A DNA stretch of 64,000 nucleotides from Rhizodiscina lignyota (Eukaryota), in contig ML978129.1 in NCBI GenBank assembly GCA_010015805.1, positions 496,001-560,000 of the forward strand. Reading direction: 5' to 3'. The position numbers were made by a program, and so were the translations under genes. How positions within the stretch are numbered: the stretch's first letter is position 1; every line of letters starts with the position of its first letter. Of the stretch, positions 45,123-56,600 are shown piece after piece. The notes beneath the pieces are model-generated. The model did not search any database. It had not been told where the DNA came from and saw nothing but the letters and a program-made list of their open reading frames with translations.

Positions 45123-48100
45123 ATGGTGCGCCTGCGGGAAATCCCTCGAACTGCCACCTTTGCGTGGTCAACTGGAGCAGCTCCTCCGCTGCTCGCGACG
45201 GGCACACGAGCCGGAGCAGTAGATGCGGATTTCTCGAACGAGACCCAGCTGGAACTATGGGACCTTGATTTGGGAAACGCATCACAGGCGGGAGAACTTA
45301 AACCTGTTGGAAACATCAGCATCGATTCAAGGTAAGCTGGCCTTTGTTTGCCTTGGGCATCAGTTCCTTTGTATTATAGCCATTAAGCATTGCTGATTGA
45401 GGTACACGACAGGTTTCATGATCTAGCATGGAGCGAACCCAGCGACGAACATCCAAGAGGCATAGTGGCCGGAGCTCTTGAGAGCGGGGCTGTAGATTTA
45501 TGGGATGCAGAGAAACTGGGCAGTGATTCAAGGTATGTGGATCGACAAACTTGGGATATTTGGACCTGATAACTTGCAGCAACTCTCATTTCTCGCGCCT
45601 CTCCAAACACAGCGGTGCGGCTAAAGCGCTCCAATTCAATCCCTTCAGACCAGAGCTGCTCGCAAGTTCGGGAGCGAAAGGCGAGCTCTACATCACCGAC
45701 CTCAACAACGTTGCCAGTCCCTTCCGCCTTGGAACTTCTGCAGCTCGAGCAGATGACTTCGACGCACTCGATTGGAACAAGAAGGTGCCACATATCCTCG
45801 TTACAGGCAGCAGTGGTGGTTTCGTAACGGTTTGGGATGTGAAGGCGAAGAAAGAGAGTCTTACACTGAACAACCAAGGGAGAAAGGCTGTCAGCGCTGT
45901 GGCGTGGGATCCAGACATCCCAACAAGACTGGTCACTGCGATTCCAAACGACCAAGACCCTCTCATATTGATGTGGGATCTGAGGAATTCAAACGCACCA
46001 GAAAAAATACTAAGAGGTCATGATCAGGGAGTGTTATCCTTGTCATGGTGTCAGCAGGATAGCGATTTGTTGCTGTCTTGCGGCAAAGACAATAGAACAA
46101 TTTGCTGGAATCCCCACACTGGCCAAGCCCTAGGAGAATTTCCAGTCGTCACAAACTGGACCTTCCAAACAAGATGGAATCCGCATAATCCGAACTTCCT
46201 GGCAACCGCCTCATTCGACGGCAAAATTTCTGTCCAGACGATACAGAATACCAACCCTGAGGCTAGCAAGGCGGACTCGTCGGCTGCTGCGCAGTCTCTG
46301 GATGGGGAGGATTTCTTTGCCAAGGCACAAGTGCAGCCACAGGGTGCCACATTCACCTTGCCCCAGGCTCCGAAGTGGCTGGAGAGGCCAACGGGCGTGT
46401 CATTTGGGTTTGGAGGAAAAGTTGTCAAATTCGGCCTCGAGAAGGACTCTCGAAAATCGAAGATTAGCATCTCTACCTTCGCTGTGGATTCTTCTGTTGG
46501 TAGTGCCTCCGAGCACTTTGAAGAGGCTCTGCAGAAGGGCGATCTTGCAGCGATCTGCGAAAACAAGATTGCAGATGCAAAGACTGAAGAAGAGAAGGCA
46601 GATTGGAGGGTCATCGAAACTCTGATGTCAGACCAGCCACGCAAAAAGCTTATGGAGTATCTCGGCATCTCGAATGAAGACGCAGCGGCCAATGGAGAAG
46701 TGGTTGGAGACTCTACTGCCCAGACGAACGGCGCCAAGGATAGCGGATCATTCTTCGATAATGCAGGCACAAGCGATAATTTCCTCTCTGATCTTGCTTC
46801 GTCGAAAGGGGCGAAGACGAATAACCCCTTCCAGATCTTCACTGGGAGCGAATCGGAGGCGGATCAAAACATCACACGTGCTCTTATGCTCGGTTCCTTC
46901 GACAAAGCCCTCGACATCTGTCTGAAGGAGGACCGGATGTCCGACGCTTTCATGATTGCCATCTGCGGCGGCCAGAAATGCATCGACAAGGCACAAGCTG
47001 CCTACTTTAAGCGCAAGGGTGACGGACCCAACTATCTCCGGCTATTGGCCTCTGTAGTCGGCAAGAACTTGTGGGACTTCGTTTATAACGCAGATTTGAA
47101 GAACTGGAAGGAGGTCATGGCAACATTATGTACCTTTGCTGATGAGTCAGAGTTCTCGGATTTGTGTGAAGCTCTTGGTGACCGGTTGGAGGAGCTGGTA
47201 CAAGAGGGATCGGAGAAAAGCACGGACAGAAAAGATGCCACATTTTGCTACCTGGCTGGTTCAAAATTGGAAAAAGTCGTTGGTAACTGGGCTCAAGAGC
47301 TAGAGGAGGATGAGAATGCGGGAGTGGAGGCTGAAGAGGGTGACTCGAGCTTCTCAATCCATGCAAGATCTCTTCAAAACTTCATTGAAAAGGTCACAAT
47401 CTTCCGGCAGGCAACAAACTTTAAGGACTCCGAGCAGCAGCTCACCTCTGACTGGAAACTCGCTCCACTTTATGCGAAGTACACCGAGTACGCTGATGTT
47501 GCTGCCTCGCATGGTCAATTGCAGATTGCAGAAAAGTACTTGGATTTACTACCTGTGCAATATCCCGCCGCAGAGGTTGCGAGGAATCGGGTCAAGCAAG
47601 CGACGCGAAAGACCGCGCCCCAGGTGGCTCAGAGACAACCAGCTCTCACTGGAGTGGGAGCTCAGCGCAGCCAGCGCGTTGTACCTGCATATCATTCCAT
47701 ACAGACGCCATCTGTTCCAACACCAGCTTCAGCGACCGCATCAGCTTCTCCATACGCACCAGCTGGCATACCTGCACCAACGCAGCCGGCTACATCACCG
47801 TACGCGCCGGCAGGAGCCAGTCCTTATGCTCCAAGCGGATATCAACCAACTCAACAAGGCTACCAGCCTCCTGGTGTCGGCATTCCGCAGCCTCAGTATG
47901 GAGTGGGCTATCAACAGCCGCAGCAAGGTCTTCCTCCGCCACCTCGTGCTTTCTCCTCTTCTCCTGCTGTACCACCTCCTTCCAAAGTGTCGAATCTCAC
48001 AGCTTGGAACGATACGCCGGACTTTGGTAGCAAACCTGCCTCAAGGAGAGGTACTCCTGGCTTGGGTGGGGCTGCAATCACCTCCCCATTCCCAAATGCT

Positions 48101-49165
48101 CAACCCTCACCTCAACCTGGGCCACCGGTTGCAGCTCCATATTCTATACAGCAGAGGGCCACGCCTCCTCTTGCGCCGCCTCCCCGTGGGCCTCCCAGGG
48201 TTACATCTCCACCAACCGCTGGCTCTCCTCTGAGTACTCCCACGTCTGCAGCGAACGTCTACGCTCCGCAGCATACTCAAGCATTCCAGCCCAATGCTCC
48301 TCCACCGACTATCCCTCGTGGAACATCGCCTTACAACCCTCCTCCTAGTACAGGACCTCCCACCAACCGTTATGCTCCTGCTCCTGGATCCCAGCCTACT
48401 CCTTTCCAGCCTCCTTCATTGATGGGTCCACCGTCCCGTCAAGTTGCGCCTCCACCAAATCCATATTCCATGCAACCACCTAGTGCATACAACCCCATAG
48501 CATCTCCACCTGCACAGACCATGAGTCAAGGCCCCCCACCATCGACAATGCAAGGGCCCCCTCGTGCTGGGCCACCTCAAGGACCGCCGCAGGGCCCTCC
48601 AAAGAACAGTCCGTACGCAGCAGCTCCGCCACTATCGACACCAACACCCGAACCTGAAACGCGATCGGCACCTCCACCCAGGTCCGAGAAGCCACAACCT
48701 AAATACCGTAAGTCATACCTTTTTGCTTTACCTCAAGCTCTCTAGGCTGACTTTGACTGATGTAGCATCTGGCGATCGTTCTCACATTGGTCCCGACGCT
48801 CAACCCGTCTTTGAGATGTTCAACGCGGAGATGCAGCGCGTTAAAGGCCGAGCACCGGCGGCATTCAAGGCACAGGTGATGGACACAGAGAAACGACTGA
48901 ACATCCTGTTTGATCAGCTCAACGAAGGTGATGTGCTGAAGCCAGAGACGATGCGGGACCTGAGCGATATTGCCGACAAGTTCAGGGGAAGGGATTGGGA
49001 TACGGCATCGCAGGTTTTGACAGCCTTGATGCAAGGAGGAACTGAGCCCAGTGGCACAGTGTGGCTGGTAAGCAATCATCAGCAATGGCTGATAACTGCA
49101 ACTAATGTGAGAGATAGGTTGGCGTCAAGAGGCTCCTCGCGATGGGCAAGGCTACTCCGAATTAA
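45123..49165 (+). CDS. SEC31: COPII outer coat protein Sec31
   Basis: [32 protein letters not shown]40 repeats, [17 protein letters not shown], a Pro-rich region, and a C-terminal SRA1-like domain ([18 protein letters not shown]). Confidence 0.97.
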
Positions 49166-49363
49166 GCTTAGGATAGGGGCGTTGGTTGTTGATGGCATTT
49201 CAGACTTGGAGTCTCTGGGCTGCAAACACGCGATTATCATGAAAGTCGGGGTTAGAAACGAGGCGTATGCTCTCATGCAGTTATCGGGACAGCGTCAAAA
49301 GTGTATTGAGAGGGTGATGCTTCGAGGTCATGGTGCAAAGAACATGTTCATGAAATACATTCT

Positions 49364-49837
49364 CTATTCGCTGAAGAAGAACAACTCGTCCGCTTCTCCC
49401 ATGATCGCTCGGTACTTTCTCTCGCCTGGCTTAGCGTCATGTCTGTCCTCTGTATAGAAGCTGTGAAACTTGTATTCGACCTCCCCTTCGCTTGCCTCGA
49501 CTACCCCGTCACCATCCAGATCGTCTCCGCCCACGAACCACCGTACGAATATGTACCCTCCATTGCTCTTCCCCAGCCTGACCTTGCCGAAGATGAGGAC
49601 ACCGTAAGCAACTTTTCCAGCACGCACCGCAACGATATCGTCGGAATCGAATGCTGTCAGATCGACATCGGAGAGTGCGGCGACATCCTGGAAGTATTCA
49701 GGTTCGTGCTTATCGTGATCGTGGCGGAGGTGGATGAGCTGATGCTTGATCTCGGGCAGCAGAGCTGTGAACGACTTGGTTGCGGCGGGCTTGGGAGGAT
49801 GAGACGCACTGAGCTCGCATGTCTCTGCGTCTGCCAT
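49364..49837 (-). CDS. Hypothetical 157-aa protein, possibly stefin/cystatin-like fold
   Basis: Intronless ATG-started ORF with globular, protein-like composition and coding-like codon usage. The fold resemblance was judged by eye only. Confidence 0.7.
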   Translation of the reverse strand: MADAETCELSASHPPKPAATKSFTALLPEIKHQLIHLRHDHDKHEPEYFQDVAALSDVDLTAFDSDDIVAVRAGKVAYGVLIFGKVRLGKSNGGYIFVRWFVGGDDLDGDGVVEASEGEVEYKFHSFYTEDRHDAKPGERKYRAIMGEADELFFFSE

Positions 49838-50729
49838 TTCGAGGTCCCGATTCTGAAAGGATTGCGAGTAGGTTCGATATGGGAGCTCGAAATTACAATT
49901 CTAAGGTCGCGCTCGACGTTCGAAGGAACAAGTCGTCATAGCTGTGCCTTGGTTTCAGCTGCTCCTAACATAGCCTTGTCATAGGATTTCCATGCCCAGA
50001 CTAAGCAGCTAGGACTTTTGTCGCATAATTCTGCCAAGTTCAGGGAGGCTTGTAGTCCATTCGAAACGTGGTGCAACAACGCGTTTGACAGTCACCGAAG
50101 GCAGCTCAACTACAACTCTAGCATTTATTTACTTTCAGTCTCTTTAAAGTAGCCATATGTACTCGGTGCCATCTTGACATTATAAAGATGCCAGAGACAG
50201 GACCTGGGTGTGGATCGAGATCTCCGGCGCATTGCAAGTTTCAAGTTGTGGTGGACTTGGTGCTATGCACGTAGACCATTGGACGACACCAGCCACCGTA
50301 ATTGGCTGCACATGCTGTCAACACGGCTGAGATAAATGGGCATCTGGCCTAGGCCTCAGGAGAGAACAACAAAGAATAAATTTGGCCGTGAACCTCGGAC
50401 GAAAGTAGCAGTGCAAGACTGTGTTGAAGTGGCATTAGGTACAGACAAAAGTTTGCGGAGCTGTCTATTCTATGGACACGAGCTCACTCTCTGCATTCTC
50501 CATGCTCCGATCACATGCCACCATCCCTCTGTGAATATAGCTTCTGCCGGTAGCGTGGAATTGGCTGATAGGGCAAGATGATTATGATGTGTTGAGGACA
50601 CTTCGACATCAGGAGCGTGTCATGTTTAAACTCTCATCCTCGTCGATACTGATTCCAATCGGCATTTCCACTCCCCCTGCTCTCGGCATCTTCAGAGAGA
50701 ATACTTGATTCCTTTAAGACTCTTCTAGT

Positions 50730-51594
50730 TCAATCATTCGATAAAGCTTTTGAGGTTGCACCGCCCTGCTCATTCCTCTCCTTTCGGCGCTGTTGGACGT
50801 CCCAATTATACACTCTAGCCGTTGCAACTTCCATGGTCTGTCGAGCGTCAGAAATTGCTCCAGTTCAGTTACAGACAACGACAAACCGTTATTTGCTCCC
50901 GTAAGAAGTCGAGGTCTTCGTCGCAGTTTGACAGACTCTCCTCGGCAGCGCTCAGTTTGGACTCGAGCAATGACTCGGCTTCGTCGAGAGGATAAGAGAG
51001 CATGACATTCGCCTGCAGACCAATCAGCATTATGGCCTCAGAGTCGCTCAGGCCTAACATACCCCAAGCCATAGGTATACCTCCTCTGTCGGCGGTACCA
51101 TGGCCTTCGCATACAAGGTATCGTTAAGTTCAAACGTCGTCTCTAAGGGCTCGGAGTCCGGCTATCGACTCGCAATCAGCATCCCAGCACGGCATCAACA
51201 TCCTCTAGTATCCTAACCTGTCGAGCCTTGAAGAAGCGAACAGTCTCCAACGTCTTCGAGATGTCCGGGATCTTCTCTCGGAGGCCTTGGGCCCGTCGCT
51301 GGGTGTTGACTTGCATGAATTGGTACTTGCTGAACACGGCGGGTCAGAAAGGGCACTGCCGGCAGCGTGGGAATTGGACACCCACGATATCATCTCCTGG
51401 AAGCTCTTGAGGGTCCCCTCGACTTCGGCGCGTGAAGCGACATAGTCCTCGACTTTATCGACGAACGGCGCGAGTGGGATGCCTCGAGGGTTGGTAGGAG
51501 CGCTTTTACTGCAACAGAAGCTCCTGTTAGCTGGTGTAGAAGCACAATGCAGCTGCTGGAATGCTCACTCTCCATCTTTGGCCAGCGTCGCCAT
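50730..51594 (-). CDS. PAC10: Prefoldin subunit 3
   Basis: TNPRGIPLAPFVDKVEDYV, FQEMISKYQFM, LREKIPDI.KTL, TFELNDTLYAKA, VYLWLG|ANVMLSYPLDEA, DLDFLREQIT|TMEVATARVYNWDV. Confidence 0.95.
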
Positions 51595-51724
51595 TTGCGG
51601 TGGTAAATCGGCGTCGAACTAAAATTGCAGGTCGGGCACAAGAAAATGCGCTGACGTACTTTGGTGGGTGAACGCGGAAATCTGGGGAAAGCTCACTAGC
51701 TGCCTTGGGACAAAAGATGTCACG

Positions 51725-51838
51725 TTGGAGGCGCGGCTACGCTAGAAGCGTATATAATTACCACTCGCTAGGGCTATTTTGGAGGCGCGGCTACGCTAAA
51801 AGCGTATATCATTACCACTCGCTAGGGCTATTTTGGAG
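51725..51838. repeat. Tandem direct repeat, 54-bp unit x ~2.1
   Basis: TTGGAGGCGCGGCTACGCTAGAAGCGTATATAATTACCACTCGCTAGGGCTATT recurs at 51779 with 2 mismatches, followed by a third TTGGAG. Confidence 0.95.
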
Positions 51839-53616
51839 ATTCAAACACGCGTTACTTGGCACTAGCGTAATAGACACAGCGTCTCATTGGTTCGCGTATT
51901 GCCCGTGTTTGCTCGCGTCTTCTCGGACTTTGGCCAAAGCTGGTACGTTGCACTCTAACGCAGTGATGGACTTATTGATAAGATAAAGTGCGGCAACTGC
52001 TGTCGAGATAGCGTCAAAACTGCTCCGGGCCTCTGAATGGCTCGCTGTCCCCTGTCTCATCACCACCAATCGAGCCCGTCCCGTCTCTCGCCAGGCACAC
52101 AGACGGCTTGCCCGCTTTATTTAGCCACAGTCATGACGTGATTGAGCCGAACTTTATTCAAACCTCGAATGCGTATGCACAACTCCCTCTGCACAGACGA
52201 TGCGCAAGCAAAGCGGCGCTTTTTACCTTTTGGCTGATTCTCTGTCAGGCAACGATGCTGCATCCCACCCACTGTCCGACTCTGCACGTGGATAAGGTAC
52301 CAAGCTCCTTTACGAGCACGTTATCCTCGTCCAGCCTTGGATGGCCGTTGCTATCGCATTTCCCCTGTCCACTGTCCCTGCCGTACCATTGGCGCCCCTG
52401 TCGCTATCCGTACACCGTCATGCACAATCAGCTTGTGCAGTGGCCCACTCGTGCCTCAATCCTGCGGGCCTCCGTGCCCCGTGCACTTCAATAAATCCCC
52501 CTCGCGCTCGATAAAGCCAGTTTCCGGAAGCTTTCCTAAAGATCTCACTGGCATCGGGAAACGGGATGAGTAACAGAACAAGCATCTTGGACTGCTTGGC
52601 CTCTCGCATCCCGCATTAGTGCGGATCTCGCAACGACCCACTCCCCCAAACCTCCCTTCGGACCTCCGATCGTGCATCTGGCGAGCAGGCGCTACAGCGT
52701 GACCGGTCAATTGATTGCCAGGGGCCAGGGCCATATCGATTCTGAAGCGCGAAGATCAGCCCCAGTCCGCCATTCACGAGGGAGGTGCATATTGGACTTG
52801 GCTCCGGGAGGGCTTCAAGTACAACCCTGCTCATGCAATTCCCCGAGCGACGGCGTGTGTGCATGAAAATCAATAGCGCCAAAACGGTGGTCGTCGTGCC
52901 TTGATCGTCGGCGCTCCTCCTCGGACGCCAATCTGATAATGCACCCTACGGGTTATCTTTAGGCACGTTCGCATCGCCGTATCTTGACTCGTACATGTCC
53001 TCACTTCTCGATATGGTTTATCAGCACGCGGTGGCTGCTGCTGTCCCGTCAAGCCCTGCAAAGCCGTCGCTAGAGCCATGCAAGGTGCGGAGATTAGACG
53101 CAGATCAGTTGTGGACCGTCTGAGGGACCATGACATAGGCGGCTCCCCATATGCAATTGCTAGTTCTGGACTAACGATTGTGGTGGAGGGCGGAGAAAGG
53201 GCTTGTGTCTAGAGTACCAAGTCACAGCAAGCGCTTGGGTTCAATTTGCCAAATCCCCCATCTCTAGCTGCAGCAATCACATGCATCGAAGACGGTATTG
53301 GATGTTTGGAACCGTTTTGTGAAGAACGTAATGTATTACCCAGTTTTATTTACAAGACATTGTGAAGACTACAGAGTTTCGTGTATGGTAGAAGCAGAGA
53401 GGCACCACTCCCTCCGCCTCACCGAGTATGTGATGTCGAAATCCTAGCTGTGAGTCTGTTGGGCAGAAAGTAAGGGAGTGTCATTAAAACAGACGTAAAA
53501 AGAGCACCAATCTATTCCCGTCCGGCAATAAATCCAAAGACCAACACCAACCCGCCAGTAGAGCAAGAATAATGAAACAGTTAGGCGTTGACAGTCTAGC
53601 ATAGCATAGTATGCAG

Positions 53617-56600
53617 TTACAATCCAGCACCACGCTTGATGAGGTCGCCAAGCATCTTTGCCTGTGATGTATATTAGCTTTGGCTCAATTGCTGTAGAGA
53701 AGCGATGCAACTTACGTTCTCATCCCTCATCATTGTGAAGTGGTTTCCAGGCATGGAAGCACATTGGATGGCCTTGTCGTTGAGAAGACCACCAGGTCCG
53801 CCCCAGCCGTTGTGACCAAAGTCAGTCCTGTTGGTCAACAACCAGGTCATGGGAGCGGTCTCTGGGCCGTCATCACCGGGAGGGATCTGAGGGCCGTTGG
53901 GGTCTCCGCAGATACCGTCCTGTGCCCAAATGCAGAAGGTCTTGGGGCCTTGTCCCTCTGGGAATGGCAGAGCCTCGTACTTGCCGAGAGATCCAACGGT
54001 AGCACGGAAGTGAGGCAAGATCCAGTCTGGAAGAGCGCCCTTGCCGGTACCAAGCATACCGATAGAGCCAAGGAATGCGTGCAGACGGGGTGGGATAGGC
54101 TCCTGAGCCATGACTGGGTTGGGAGCGTCGATGAGGATGAGACGCTCGACCTCATCACCCATAGCAGTCAACTGGTAGGCGACCTCATAGGCCATCACAC
54201 CACCAGCAGACCATCCACCAATGGTGTAAGGACCTTCAGGCTGACGACGCTTGATCTCCTTGATGTAGATAGCGCAGACACCATCAACACCACACTGCCA
54301 GTTTGTGGCCTCCTTCATGTACGGGCAGTTCAGACCGTAGACAGCGAGATCACTGCTCATGTTGGGGATGAACATGTAAGAAGCAGCAGATCCAGAGCCG
54401 TCAGGCAGCAGGAAGAGCTTCTTCGTGGCGATCTTGGCGTTACCCTGAAGAAGGATGGATGAGGCGTTTGGGAGACCAGAGATGTCCTTGGAGAAAGGCT
54501 TCAACTTCCTGCTGACCTGGGACAGCTGAGGGGACTTGGATGGCTTGGTCGCTTTTGAAGACACCTTAGCCTGCTCGGCAGCCTTGGGGCGCATACCGAG
54601 AGCATTCTCGATCTCTTCGATCGTGTTGTTGGTAATCAGGAACTCGGATGGAAGGTCGATACCAGTCTGCTCGCGGAGGGCACCGAGGATGGTCAAGCTC
54701 ATGAGCGAGTCCATACCCATTTCAGAGAGTTCTGCCTTGTCTGTGATCTCAGAAACGTCGACACCCATCTCCTCAGCGACAACACGGCGTGCTACGCTGG
54801 GTCCAGAAGATGATGCAGTGGCAGTGACAGTGACCTCAACCTCGACAGGCCTCTTGCCAGAGAGACTGGGGGCAGAGCTGGGGGCAGATGAAGCAGGTGT
54901 GGAGACCTCGTCATCATCATCGGCCACTTCAGAAGAGTCGTCTTCAGAATCAGCCTCGTCAGCAGCTGGAGCATCGCCGTCGTATTGATTGAAGAACTTC
55001 TTCATTTCTCCGACAGTCGGGTTGTCAGTGAACAAAGAGGAGCTGATTTCCAGGTTGAGATCCTCGCGGAACTTGGCGGAGATGGTGAGCGACATGAGGG
55101 AGTCGACACCGAGGTTCTCAAATGCGGCCTCATCGACGAGCTCGGACATGTCGACATCGGTCTCAGAGGCAATGATCTTCATCACGCGAGAGGTGATGGA
55201 GCTTCCACCTGCAGCCTTGGGAGCCTTCACAGCCTTTGGCTTAGGAGCAGCCTTGACCTTTGGAGCTGGACGGCTGGTCTTAACTGGAGCCGCAGCCTTG
55301 ACAGGAGCGGATGCCTTGGGAGCGAGAACAGCCTTTACAGGAGCGGCGGCAGGCTTGCCAGCAGCCTTGTTCCTCAAAGTGGGAGGGACAAGGACATCCA
55401 TGGCCTTGCGCGGGACGCCCTGGAACTTGAGGCCTTCGACGAGACCGATAATCTCCTCGCCCTCGAAGATGTAAACGTCACCCATGGAGACATTGTTGGG
55501 CTGGGGCTGCATGCGGACATAGGAGCGGTACTCCTTGTCAGCAGAGACCTCGCGAGCAAGCTTGATGGACTTCCAGCCGTGGGAGATGTAAGTTGTCTGG
55601 CTGGAGTCGACCAAGTCTGTGCCGTTGACAATGAAGCCGGAGATGTGGGCAAGGGAATCGATCCAGTACGGGGCGCAGAAGAACTTGCCATCGGCTTCCG
55701 TGGTCTGGAACTTTATCTTCGCGGTAGCCTCAGTCTGCTGGCCGTCAAGAATGACTTCCTCCATACCACGGTATGCGGGAGCATAAGTGACAAGGGCCTT
55801 GAACAGCTTGTAGGCCATACCACGGAGGACCTTGTGAGCAGCACCAGTCTGGAGCTTCTGCTTGAGGAGGTCAACCTGGGTTTGGACCATGAAGGCGTTC
55901 TTGTTCCAAGACTGGAGCCAAGCCTCCTTGTCCTCGTACTTGACGAGACCGTGGCCGTGTTCAGCCATCAGCTTGCCATCAGGAGTGACGGTGCGGAACT
56001 TGAGGTGGACTTCACCTGCTTCCATATCGGCATGAGCCTCGATCTGGAAGTGCTGGCCTTCAGGTGGCGGCGGGATAGCAGCAACAAGAGGCTTGTGGAC
56101 CTCCATATCGCAAACGTCCAGACCTGGGGTCTCTGTGCCAGGGCGGAGCTGCTGCCAGAGATAGTCGGCAATGGTCATAGCCTGATCAGCATAGAGAGAG
56201 CTGGGGCAGAGCGGGGCATCGTTGACGACGTGACCAGAGACAGCCTTGTGAAGCTTCTCGTCAGCCAGGTCGGACTGAACAATGACGCTGCCGCTGTTGG
56301 CATGGAGCTCCTCGAATACAATGCGCTGGCAAGATGTCGTAGAGAGCTTGGACTTGAGAGGCATGACTGGAGCAGGAGCTGCAACCGGGGCCGGCGCAAC
56401 TGGAGCCTCACCCTTGGTCAAAGTCCAGTTGTTGTGGTAATCAAGCCAGTACCTCTTGTTGTCGAAAGAGTACGTCGGAAGATGGTACAGCTCGTGAGCA
56501 TCGTTGAACTCACGGTGGTACTCGTTGAAGTCCACGGCAACACCAGCAAGGTAAAGAGTGACCAAGCTGTTGGACAGAGTCTTCCAAGGGTCCTCGTTGC

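Noticed and set aside
50575..50655. ATGAT...CTGA segment resembling a box C/D snoRNA
   Set aside because: Box C is imperfect, there is no clear terminal stem, and no rRNA complementarity could be verified by eye.
51725..51838. Direct repeat considered as a CRISPR-like array or LTR remnant
   Set aside because: Only two adjacent copies with no spacers, eukaryotic context, and no transposon ORFs or TG..CA termini.
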